A stretch of DNA of 64,000 bases from Candidatus Hydrogenedentota bacterium (GTDB taxonomy: Bacteria; Hydrogenedentota; Hydrogenedentia; Hydrogenedentales; SLHB01). The notes beneath the pieces were generated by a model. The model searched no databases. It was not told where the DNA came from and saw only the letters and a list, made by a program, of their open reading frames with translations. This document shows, in pieces, positions 19,043 through 28,465 of this stretch (positions are counted from its first letter, which is position 1; each line of letters opens with the position of its first letter). The position numbers were made by a program, and so were the translations under genes. The DNA lies in assembly GCA_963745075.1 (NCBI GenBank), contig CAVUWV010000031.1:96001-160000 (forward strand). Reading direction: 5' to 3'.

Positions 19043-19465
19043 TTATTCCTGCACGTGCTTCCGAATCTCGTCGAATACCCTTCGGACGTTCCCGGCGGGA
19101 TGGGCGAGACGGCTTACGACCAGCTTTCGCCCATCTTTCAAGGCAAAATACGAGCCTATCAAATGGTTCTCACGACTCCGCGGGATATCGATTGCACTGA
19201 AGGGTACCGCTTCGGATTGAGCGATCGTGAACGGACTTCCTTTCACGGGACCGCAGATCGACGTTGCGTCGATGAAGATATCGAGCCGGTCACCGGGTCC
19301 ACGCAGCGCCGGCCAGATTGGAAAATCTGCGAATGCCCCGAACGCCAACCCCGCGAGAAGGATTGCGGCAATCGGAACGAACGGCGCCAACACTGCGAGA
19401 AACAGCACGGTACCCACTCCGGTCGCGATTAGATATCGGGCGCGGTTCGCTCGCAAATAGACCAC
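19043..19465 (-). CDS. Small hypothetical membrane protein
   Basis: GTG start with GAGG upstream, two hydrophobic segments then a soluble tail; fills the gap between neighbouring genes. Confidence 0.45.
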   Translation of the reverse strand: MVYLRANRARYLIATGVGTVLFLAVLAPFVPIAAILLAGLAFGAFADFPIWPALRGPGDRLDIFIDATSICGPVKGSPFTIAQSEAVPFSAIDIPRSRENHLIGSYFALKDGRKLVVSRLAHPAGNVRRVFDEIRKHVQE

Positions 19466-19617
19466 TGCTTTGCGTCCTCTCGACGAGGTCGAGTCGTAAC
19501 TTCGCCCCCGTGCTGCTCCGCATTTTATCAGACCCAAGCAGAAATACAATCCCCCCCCCATTCCTGCTATACTTTGTGAATCTATGCTTTTCCATGTACA
19601 GGGGATACGGTAAGACT

Positions 19618-20382
19618 ATGTCGAACATTATGCAACAACTGGTAGATATGTCTCGGTATTTGGGCGACCCGGCGAAGGGATACGCCATGCTCGGGGAGGG
19701 GAACACCTCGGCCCGGATCGACGGCGATTCCTTCTGCGTAAAAGCCTCGGGGACAACACTTTCAACCATTGACGAGAGTGGTTTTGTCGCCGTTTCGATC
19801 TCGAAAGTAACCGCCATATTGGACGATCCGTCCGCGGGCGATGAAGATGTTTCGCGGGTCTTCCAGGAGGCGTTGCTCGACCCGAGCGAGAAGCGGCGTC
19901 CGTCCGTGGAAGCCATGCTTCACGCCATCCTCTTGCAGGTGCCGGAGTACAGCTTTATCGGCCACACGCACCCTGTCTACACCAATGCCATTCTGTGCTC
20001 GAAGATGGCGGAAGAAGCGGTCGCAGGGCGCATTTTCCCGGACCAGGTCGTGTCCATGAAGCACAAGTCGGTCTGGATTCCCTATGTGGATCCCGGTTTG
20101 GTGCTCGCCCGCGAGGTGAAGCAACGGTTCGACCGGTACGTGGAAGAGGAGGGTGTGCTCCCGTCGGCGATTCTCATGCAAAACCACGGACTGATTACCA
20201 TGGGGGCTACCCCGAAAGCGGTAACCAGTTGCACGGACATGGCGGAAAAGTCGTCGCAGATTATTGTGGGAACCTATGCTCTCGGCGGACCCCGGTTTAT
20301 GGAACCGCACGACGTGGATCGTATCTTCACCCGGCCCGACGAGCATTACCGTTTGGGCAGTATTGCAGGCCGGAAATCGTAA
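19618..20382 (+). CDS. Class II aldolase/adducin family protein (rhamnulose-1-phosphate-aldolase-like)
   Basis: GEGNTSA, VKASG, PSVEAMLH, HTHP, LMQNHGLI. Confidence 0.9.
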   Translation: MSNIMQQLVDMSRYLGDPAKGYAMLGEGNTSARIDGDSFCVKASGTTLSTIDESGFVAVSISKVTAILDDPSAGDEDVSRVFQEALLDPSEKRRPSVEAMLHAILLQVPEYSFIGHTHPVYTNAILCSKMAEEAVAGRIFPDQVVSMKHKSVWIPYVDPGLVLAREVKQRFDRYVEEEGVLPSAILMQNHGLITMGATPKAVTSCTDMAEKSSQIIVGTYALGGPRFMEPHDVDRIFTRPDEHYRLGSIAGRKS

Positions 20383-20483
20383 TTCGGATCGATCGCGCGC
20401 GGATGCCCATGGTTCGAGAAACCGGTTCCGTTTTAGCGGGTGAACCGCAACGCAGCAGATTGCAAATCAACGCAGCGGAAGAT

Positions 20484-20508
20484 GGATTCCCGCGTTCGCG
20501 GGAATGAC
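20484..20508. repeat. dRS3/REP-like palindrome GGATTCCCGCGTTCGCGGGAATGAC
   Basis: ATTCCC-N8-GGGAAT core at 20486-20505, intergenic. Confidence 0.6.
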
Positions 20509-20576
20509 GGGTACTCGGCCCATTTGTGGTTGGGCGCCCGCATCTGACGCGCATCCTCGTGATAAGGAGACATCGC

Positions 20577-22195
20577 GTGTCTACATTGGAGAAGTATCGC
20601 AAAGCCGACGGCCCGATGCCCGGCAACTACGACGCCTGGCAGGTGTTCGGCGCCGGCATCGAGAATGTGGGAAGAGACGGAAAGCCCGTGAACCTGGAAC
20701 TGCGACCGCCCCAGGATAACGAGATCGTGCTGCGCGTGGACGCGTTGGGGCTCTGTCAGTCCGACATCAAGATTATCAATCAAGGCAGCAAGCACGCGCG
20801 CTTGCGGGGCCGGGACCTCGCCAAAGAACCGACGGTGCTCGGCCACGAATGCGCGGCCACGGTCGTGAAAGTCGGATCGCAGTGGAAGGGCAAGTTTAAC
20901 GTCGGCGAGCGATACATCGTTCAGGCGGACATCTACTATAAGGGACTTGGGTACGCCTTCGGATATCTTATCCCGGGGGGCCTGGCGCAGTACTGCTACC
21001 TGGATGAACGTGCCCTGGATGGCGACGAGGGATGTTATCTGCTTCCGGTGAAGCCGGAAACCGGATACAGTCAGGCCGCCTTGTCCGAACCGTGGGCCTG
21101 TGTCGAGATGTCGTACAACCTCAAGGAGCGCATGGCGCCGGCCGGCGGAAACGTCATCCTCGATCGTGACGGATGTCGATGGCGATGCATTCCGTTCGGA
21201 GTATCCGGGCGCCCAGATTCTGTCGCGGTCACTTGATGGGTTGGAGGAGGGCCAGCAGTTCGACGACATTATCGTTGCCCCTCCCGTCAGCCGACCTCGT
21301 AAACGACCTGGCTCCCCGGCTGAAGAAGGATGGGGTGATGTACCTGCTAGGGTTCCCGTCGGGTGACGGGGCCGCATCGCTGGATATTGGTCGCATACAC
21401 TATGAAGGCGTACGCTTCTACGGCGGTGGCACGGACTTGCAGGCGGTCCAGCAGGCAAACTCACGGCACGATCTGCTACCCGGCGGGGAAGCCCTATTCC
21501 TCGGTGCGGGCGGGCCGATGGGCCAAATGCACGTGCAGCGCGCTATCGAGATCTCGAGCGGTCCCAACCTCGTCGTAGTTACCGACCTGGACCGCGCGCG
21601 CCTCGACCATATCGAGCGCCGATTTGGCGACCTGGCGAAACACCGCGGGGTGAAACTGGTCACGTTGGCGCCCAGCGAGTTCGAGTCGCAAGAGGCCATG
21701 GACGAGAAGATCAACGGCTTGGCGACCGGCGGATATGACGACGTGGTGGTTATGGCGCCGGTGGCGGCGCTGGTGCCGGCGGCCATGGCGTATGCGGCGG
21801 ATAATGCCGTATTGAACGTGTTCGCGGGTGTCGGCCTAGGGAAGTGCGCGGACATTCAGCTCAAAGACCTTTGCCGGGGCATCAAGATCATCGGGTCGAG
21901 CGGTTCGCGCATCAGCGACCTGCGCAAGGTGCTGCAAATGGTCGAGGCCGGCGAACTGAATACCAACCTCAGTATTGCCGCGGTCGGCGGATTGAATGCC
22001 GCGCGCGAAGGGTTGGAAGGCGTCAATGAGGCGCGCTTCCCCGGTAAGACGGTCATCTATACACAAATCCCGGATCTTCCCCTGATGCCGGTGGAAGACG
22101 TGGAGGAGCGTGTCCCCGAATTGAAGGGCAAACTGGGGCCGCATGCGGCCTGGACCAAAGAGGCGGAAGAAGCCTTGTTGGAGAAATACGTCTGA
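20577..22195 (+). CDS. Zn-dependent alcohol dehydrogenase, L-sorbose-1-phosphate-reductase-like (apparent frameshifts at ~21160 and ~21278)
   Basis: AAGGAG RBS and GTG start; GLCQSD, GHE, GGLAQY, LSEPWAC, then GAGGPMG Rossmann motif and GKTVIY across three consecutive frames. Confidence 0.78.
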
Positions 22196-22983
22196 TGGGC
22201 CGATTGGAAAACAAGCGCGCCGTCGTGACCGGCGCCGCGCAAGGGTTGGGCGCTGCCATCGTGGAGCGATTGGCTCGGGAAGGCTGTGACGTTGTCGCAT
22301 GGGATCTGAACGCGGAAACCGTGGCGGAGACCGCATCCCGTGCCGCCAAGGTAAGCGGACGGAATGTCCTGAGCGACACGGTTGACGTGTGCGATGCGGT
22401 GGCCGTTCACGGCGCGATGGATCGCGCGGCAAAGCGAATCGGCGGCATGGACCTTCTGGTGTCCAATGCGGGGATCCTGATTTCAGGGGATTCCATTGAT
22501 ATCGACGCGGCGAAATGGCGCAAGGTCATCGATGTGAACTTGACAGGGTATTTCCTATGCGCACGCGAAGCGGCGCGGGTAATGCTCGCGGGGGGCGGCG
22601 GATCGATCGTTCAGATCAATTCCAAGTCCGGGAAGAAGGGCAGCTTCAAGAATAGCGCCTACGCCGCATCGAAGTTCGGCGGGATCGGGGTTACGCAAAG
22701 CCTGGCGCTGGAATTCGCCGACCGCGGAATCCGCGTCAACTCGATCTGCCCGGGGAACCTGCTCGATTCGCCCTTGTGGGTCAACAGCCTTTTCAAACAA
22801 TACGCGGCAAACCAAGGCATTACGGAAGCGGAAGTGCGGCAAAAATACGTGGACCAGGTCCCGATGAAGCGTGGATGCACCTATGACGACGTGACGAATG
22901 TGGTCGTATTCCTGGCTTCCGAGAATTCGTCGTATATGACCGGTCAGGCCATTAACGTAACGGGTGGCCAGGAAATGCGATAA
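22195..22983 (+). CDS. srlD: Sorbitol-6-phosphate dehydrogenase-like SDR
   Basis: TGAAQGLG, QINSKSGKKGS..NSAYAASKFGG, GNLLDSPLW, PMKRGCTYDDV, TGQAINVTGG. Confidence 0.8.
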   Translation: MGRLENKRAVVTGAAQGLGAAIVERLAREGCDVVAWDLNAETVAETASRAAKVSGRNVLSDTVDVCDAVAVHGAMDRAAKRIGGMDLLVSNAGILISGDSIDIDAAKWRKVIDVNLTGYFLCAREAARVMLAGGGGSIVQINSKSGKKGSFKNSAYAASKFGGIGVTQSLALEFADRGIRVNSICPGNLLDSPLWVNSLFKQYAANQGITEAEVRQKYVDQVPMKRGCTYDDVTNVVVFLASENSSYMTGQAINVTGGQEMR

Positions 22984-23125
22984 CCGTCGAAACAAACGTC
23001 CCAAGCGATTTCCGTTCAGTCACTTACAGACGTCCGATTCCCGCGTATTCGCCAAAATCCAAGTCCTGTGGTACCATTTGGCATGGGACCGGCTGACCGT
23101 GACACCGAAGGAGGTCACGAAGCCG

Positions 23126-24271
23126 ATGCGTGTTGAACATACTGCGCGAAAAGCTGCGCCATTTTTTCTTCAATTCCGGCCCCGGACGGGATACCACAAT
23201 GAGATCTGGACCGTTCGGATGGACGGCGACCTTCTCACCTTAATGAAGCCCGGCGACAAGTGCGTCATGCACCTGCATCGGGAAGAGGCGGCGCGGTATC
23301 TGAAGTTCTCCTACGATCTCTTCCGGGGACGAACCATTACCTTTCACGTGATCGAGGGCATGAAGAGCTACTCGTTCCCTTGCACGAAAGTGCAGATGCA
23401 CAAGCTCGTCAATTGGATGCCGCATAAAGAGACGTTGGAGATCGCCAAAGAAGTTCGCGTATCGGGTCTTGCCATCCTGCTCTTCGGCGTTCTGCATCTG
23501 TTGCTTTCCGGGAATGTCTGGTTCGGCTGGGGAATCGCCTTGCTCGGACTCGGGATCTCCGGCATCTGCGCTCCCAAGCGCGGACTGTATGGTTCCAACG
23601 GCGCACTCTTGCTCGCGGCCGGTCTGGGAGACCTTGCGGCCTCGTCGACCACGCAGGTCTCGCCCGGAAGCGCTGTTTTCGATCCCGCCCTCATTCCGAT
23701 GGCGGTGGGACTCATGCTTGTCATCTGGGGAATCCATCAATTGTCTATGCTGGGACCCAATCAACTGCTTCGCGTGGCCCGGGCGATCCGGGATCGCCGA
23801 GCGCGGGTGGCGCCGGTCCATTCCAAAGTGGTGCGGCAGATTGCGATCTGGAATCTTGTTGGGGGTTTCGGATTCGCAGGATGTGCCCTGTTGATTTGGG
23901 CGTATCAATTGGGTTCTTCCGACGGACCATTGTTTGCCACATCCGAGTGGAGTCCCGATCTGGCTATCTTCATCGGATTGGCGGCCATTTCATTTCTCTC
24001 GGCGGTCTTGCTGTTCCTTCGGTCGCGCCCGGCCTACTTCGAAGCCAAGGTTTCGGCGCAGACCTTGCTGGCCATCATCATCCTGGCGATGTGGGGATTC
24101 GCGGCCAGTTATATGGCTGACCGGCCGCTGACGGCTTTCGGCAACACGTTTTCGCTGGATCGCGTGGCCTACGCGCCCGTAGCCTGGGTGCTGCTCATTC
24201 TCTGGATCTCGGTTTTCAACCGGTGGTACGGACAAGCCGTGGACCGGGAATTGGAGGAACAACGGGACTGA
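23126..24271 (+). CDS. Hypothetical multi-pass membrane protein
   Basis: AAGGAGG upstream; soluble N-terminus followed by about eight hydrophobic segments. Confidence 0.65.
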   Translation: MRVEHTARKAAPFFLQFRPRTGYHNEIWTVRMDGDLLTLMKPGDKCVMHLHREEAARYLKFSYDLFRGRTITFHVIEGMKSYSFPCTKVQMHKLVNWMPHKETLEIAKEVRVSGLAILLFGVLHLLLSGNVWFGWGIALLGLGISGICAPKRGLYGSNGALLLAAGLGDLAASSTTQVSPGSAVFDPALIPMAVGLMLVIWGIHQLSMLGPNQLLRVARAIRDRRARVAPVHSKVVRQIAIWNLVGGFGFAGCALLIWAYQLGSSDGPLFATSEWSPDLAIFIGLAAISFLSAVLLFLRSRPAYFEAKVSAQTLLAIIILAMWGFAASYMADRPLTAFGNTFSLDRVAYAPVAWVLLILWISVFNRWYGQAVDRELEEQRD

Positions 24272-24423
24272 CCCGCTGATACGCATCGTCCGGCCAGTAC
24301 TATTCCACGGCCCCGGCGTTACTATTTGCGCCGGGGCTTGTCTTTTGCCTTCGCCGCATGCGATAACGCTTTATTGTGCGTTTTGGACGTTACGTACCCA
24401 ATCCAGGTATATGAGGTGCAATC

Positions 24424-25709
24424 ATGTGGAGAATTTCAGGAATTACAGGATGTATCGCGGTCGCGATGGTGTGTGCCATGGTGTATTCAACTGACGCGAG
24501 CGCCGAGTTGCGCGCGGGGATTGCGAGCCGCGTGGTCACGCCCGATCCATTGCTCCCCGTTTCGGGCGGGGTTGGCACGCCGGAACCGACAAACAAGAAA
24601 CTGGGCGAACTGGAGGTTCGCGCCCTGGTGCTGGATCAAGATGGCACCCGCGTGGCCATCGTGAGCGTACCGTTTCTAGGCTTTCCGGGCGTGCTCATCG
24701 ACCGGGTCCGCGCGCAAGTGGGGGGATCCCGCCCGAGAACATCATGGTCGGTTCGACGCATGCCCACAGCGCACCGGACATGTATGCGTTTCCCGACGGC
24801 AAAGGCGGCACCCACGCCGACCTCGATTACATCGACCACGTGTGCAATGAAACCGCGTCTGCGATTGACGAGGCGTTGAAGACCGCGAAGAATGCCGGTG
24901 TCAAGATCAATACGGACAAAGCAGCGGAGCACATCGCGTACAATTACTACGCGCCGAATCTTTACGACCGCCGCTGCAACGTGATGCAATTCATCGGCAA
25001 CGACGGCAAGCCCATTGCGACTTTGGTCAACTACGCTATCCATCCCGAGATAATCGGCCCGGATCAGGGCATTCTCAGCCCGGATCTCGTTGGGCCGCTG
25101 TATGACCGGATAGCCGAAAAGGGCGGTGGCGTAGGCATCTTCATGAACAGCGCCCAGGGCGGCATGGTGACGGCGGACTGTCGCGGGGAAGACGGCAAGG
25201 ACATTCAGACGTGGGAAGAATGCCACCGGATCGGTAACCTATTGGCGGACGAAGCGTTGCGCATCATTGCGGATGCGCCGGTCCAGAAGGACCCCAAGCT
25301 GTACTGTGCAGCCAAGAAGGTGACGTTTCCCATTGATTCCCCGATGATGCAGGCGATCTTCAAGAATTCGCCCTTGAACTACGGGGTGGACACGAACGTG
25401 GCGGTGACGCAAGTAAACCTGGTGAATTTGGGAAATGCGCAGATTCTGACGATCCCCGGCGAGGCCTTGCCGAATATAGGCTTTTATCTGAAGCGAAAGA
25501 TGCATGGCGAGTACAACTTCCTCTTTGGGCTGACGAACGACGCGTTTGGCTATATCCTGACACCGGAAGATTTTGACAGCTTTGACCGGTACGACTACGT
25601 TTCGCGAACGAGTCTGGGAGAAATGACGGGGGCAATTTACATCAAAGAGGCACTTGCACTTGCGGATGCCAGTCCCCGGCCGGAGGGCGCGACGGCCGCC
25701 GGAGGATGA
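24424..25709 (+). CDS. Neutral/alkaline ceramidase-like secreted protein (apparent frameshift in G-run 24720-24725)
   Basis: Signal peptide, L.VRALVL, STHAHSAPD, NYAIHP, NSAQGG, IPGE, GLTNDAFGYI. One extra G restores VGGIPPENIMV. Confidence 0.75.
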
Positions 25710-25745
25710 CCGTGGCTGATTAAGCCATTTGGCAAAAACAACTTG

Positions 25746-25778
25746 GGACCTACACGCGCGACGGGTAGGTCCTTTTTT
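25746..25778 (+). terminator. Intrinsic terminator
   Basis: GGACCTAC-loop-GTAGGTCC followed by TTTTTT. Confidence 0.8.
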
Positions 25779-25818
25779 GTACGGGTATGCCGCTGGTAGA
25801 TCCTTGCCTGTCGAAAGC

Positions 25819-25846
25819 TAAAGATCTGCCGCCGATCTTCCGATAA
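25819..25846 (+). promoter_or_regulatory. sigma28 (FliA/SigD)-type promoter
   Basis: TAAA(G) at 25819, 16-nt spacer, TCCGATAA at 25839-25846. Confidence 0.6.
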
Positions 25847-25902
25847 TAGCTTTAGAACGGATTCTACGAAGTGGCACCAGCGTCCGGATAAGGAGGTCCA
25901 CG

Positions 25903-26085
25903 ATGGCTGGTATACCTGAAATCGGCGGTGTATCCGCCCCTATCAGCCAAGTCCAGTATCAGGCTCGAGTGTACGCCCGGCAGGAACAGGCCGTAAAGGA
26001 TGTGGGAACGGCGGCGTTAAACCTGATCCGCGCACTGGTTTCCATCGATCCAGCCGTGGGCCAGAATCTGAACGTCATCGCGTAG
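25903..26085 (+). CDS. Small YjfB-like putative motility protein
   Basis: Perfect AAGGAGG RBS; 60 aa ending AALNLI...DPAVGQNLNVIA, resembling YjfB-family C-termini. Confidence 0.6.
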   Translation: MAGIPEIGGVSAPISQVQYQARVYARQEQAVKDVGTAALNLIRALVSIDPAVGQNLNVIA

Positions 26086-26203
26086 TCGAGCTTCTGACCC
26101 GTCTGCAAGCCGCGCAGCACCCCCGGCAACCTTCCATTGCGTGTCACTCTCTTTACGAATCATACTCGTGCAAGGATTGTTTACGCATGGAGCGCAAAAC
26201 ACG

Positions 26204-26572
26204 ATGTCCCGATTTGGCGTATCCCCGGAAAAGGAAGCCGAACTGCTGAGACGGATGGCGGCTTGCGGCCTAACCGAACAGGAGATTGAGGAGCAGTTCG
26301 TGCGGAGCGGCGGCGCGGGCGGTCAACACGTGAATAAGACATCGACCTGCGTATACTTACGGCATGTGCCGACGGGTCTGGAAGTTAAGATGCAGCGCAC
26401 ACGGTCCCAGGCACTGAACCGATTTTACGCGCGCAGAAGATTGTGCGAACTGCTCGAGGCGCAACAATTGGGCACGGCAAGTCCCGAAGCCCGACGCGCC
26501 GCGCGGGTTCGGAAACAGAAGGAACGCCGTAAGCGGCGGAATCGGAATGCAACGCGTCCGTCGTCGGAGTAG
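26204..26572 (+). CDS. Peptide chain release factor-like peptidyl-tRNA hydrolase (ArfB/C12orf65-like)
   Basis: FVRSGGAGGQHVNKT GGQ motif, RSQALNR, basic C-terminal tail. Confidence 0.88.
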   Translation: MSRFGVSPEKEAELLRRMAACGLTEQEIEEQFVRSGGAGGQHVNKTSTCVYLRHVPTGLEVKMQRTRSQALNRFYARRRLCELLEAQQLGTASPEARRAARVRKQKERRKRRNRNATRPSSE

Positions 26573-26578
26573 CGATTG

Positions 26579-27312
26579 CTACGACGTGGGTTCTTCGGCG
26601 GTGGGTTCCGGGGCTGATGCCGGATCCTCGGGAGAATGCCACGCCTCGCTGGGCCAGTCCTTGCTCACGAGGTCGTTGCGCTTGAGGTAGTAGGCCAACT
26701 CCGCGAGCCCCACCGAGATGTGCTCATGCCGGACGAAAACATCCTCCCGCACGGCGAGGCTGGTGGGTGCAAAGTTCCAGATGGCGCGTATTCCCGTCGC
26801 CACAAGGCGGTCCGCCAGCGCTTGTGCGGCTTCGGCGGGGACGGTCAGAATCGCCATGTTAACATCGTGTCGCTGAATAACGGCTTCCAGATTGTCCACC
26901 GACTGAACCAACACTCCGCCCATGACGGAGCCAACGCGCTTCTCGTCCGAATCAAACATCGCCACGATGTACAAACCGTATTTTGTAAATCCCGAATACG
27001 AGACGAGCGCGCCGCCGAGGCGTCCGGCGCCCACGACCACGGTCTTATACATGTCGTTGAACCCGAGGACTTCGCGGATGCGGCCTTTCAGTTCGGCGAT
27101 GCTGAACCCGACGCGGGGACGCCCACGCACCCCGATGGCAGCGAGATCCTTGCGGACCAGTGTGTCGTCCATATCGAGGAGCTGGGCGATGTGGGCGCTG
27201 GACACCCAACCGGAAGCCCGATGGGGATCTGTTCCCCGACAAGATGGTAATAGTGCATAAGCCGTTCCAAAACCAACTGGTTAAGGACCGGCCCTTTTGC
27301 CTTTTTGGACAT
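26579..27312 (-). CDS. rex: Redox-sensing transcriptional repressor Rex (apparent frameshift in C-run at 27223-27226)
   Basis: ERLMHYY, VSSAHIA, VRKDL..IG..G.P.VG, VGAGRLG.AL, ILTVP..AQ, IWNFAP. Confidence 0.88.
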
Positions 27313-27403
27313 GCCGATGAGCCTCCTACCACAACATGGTATCATCTTTGCTAGGGTCAGATACAGTCGCGATATTCCGGATGAATCGACACCTGGAATT
27401 TGC

Positions 27404-28465
27404 CTAATTGGGACCGGTTTTGAGTCTCCCGCCCGGTCCGGCGCCAAGGGAGCGGCCCAAGGCCTGAATGCGACCCTGAAGGCAGACGCGGCACTCCTCC
27501 GACGCTTCCTGAATGCAGGCTTTGGACGGATAAATTTGATACAAGACCCGGTACTTGGGAGGGGTCATGTTTGGCATGACGACATTCGCGCCTCGTTGAA
27601 GCCCCAGTTCCCGGCCGCTGGCGAGATTCAGCGTCGCCAAGGCGGTGGTGCTGGGGATATTGGCCTGAGGACACATCAAACGGGTGAGGGCGACGACTTT
27701 GTAGGTCATGAGTTCGGTGTTGGGGACTTGATGCGCGGGTTCGAGCGGCCGGACGGCCGACCCAGCACCCAACGGGGTGTCGGGATGCGAGATGTAGGGC
27801 CCGACGCCGACCATATCGAGGTCGAGGCTCCGGAACGTGTCGATATCGTTCGCGAGGCTCTCGTAGGACTGGCCCGGAATCCCGATCATGACCCCGCTGC
27901 CGGTTTCGTAACCAAGTTCCCGAAGCCGACCGAGGATTTGAAGGCGGTCGGTGGCGGGGCGCGCGGGATGGGGCGGGTGAATCAGCCCAAACAAGTCCGG
28001 GTCGGACGTCTCGAAGCGAAGGAGATAGCGGTCCGCGCCGGCCTCGCGCCACAATGCCAGGTCTTCATCGGGGCGTTCCCCCATGCTCAGTGTCACGGCA
28101 AGCGGCGTTTCGGCTTTGATGAGACGGACGATATCCGCAAGCCACTCGGCTTCGATGCCGTAATCTTCGCCCGCTTGCAGCACCGTCGTGCCGTATCCGT
28201 AACGCGCCGCTTCATGGGCACAGGCCAGGATTTCGTCGGCCGTCATCCGGTAGCGTTCGAGATCCTGGTTTGCCGCGCGGAGTCCGCAGTACCCGCATTG
28301 GCGGCTGCAATAGTTGGAGATTTCGACCAGGCCGCGCAGGTGAACCGCGTCGCCGACGTTTTCGCGCCGGACTCGGTCGGCCCAGTTCCAGAGTTCCTGG
28401 AGCTTTCCGGGGCGATCCTCGCGAAGCCAGTGGAGGATCAGGTCTCTGGTCAACGATTCAGTCAT
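27404..28465 (-). CDS. hydE: [FeFe]-hydrogenase maturation radical SAM protein HydE
   Basis: RGLVEISNYCSRQCGYC, VLQAGED, RYLLRFET, PSTTAL, GANVVMPN, YxxYP. Confidence 0.95.
   Translation of the reverse strand: MTESLTRDLILHWLREDRPGKLQELWNWADRVRRENVGDAVHLRGLVEISNYCSRQCGYCGLRAANQDLERYRMTADEILACAHEAARYGYGTTVLQAGEDYGIEAEWLADIVRLIKAETPLAVTLSMGERPDEDLALWREAGADRYLLRFETSDPDLFGLIHPPHPARPATDRLQILGRLRELGYETGSGVMIGIPGQSYESLANDIDTFRSLDLDMVGVGPYISHPDTPLGAGSAVRPLEPAHQVPNTELMTYKVVALTRLMCPQANIPSTTALATLNLASGRELGLQRGANVVMPNMTPPKYRVLYQIYPSKACIQEASEECRVCLQGRIQALGRSLGAGPGGRLKTGPN

Noticed and set aside
19551..19559. C9 tract upstream of an extended -10 (TGcTATACT) as a phase-variation switch
   Set aside because: No recognisable -35 whose spacing it would alter, and homopolymer lengths are unreliable in this assembly.
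24720..24725. Programmed frameshift or phase variation in the ceramidase-like gene
   Set aside because: A short G-run with no stimulatory structure; similar indels occur in many genes including lpxA, so error is more parsimonious.
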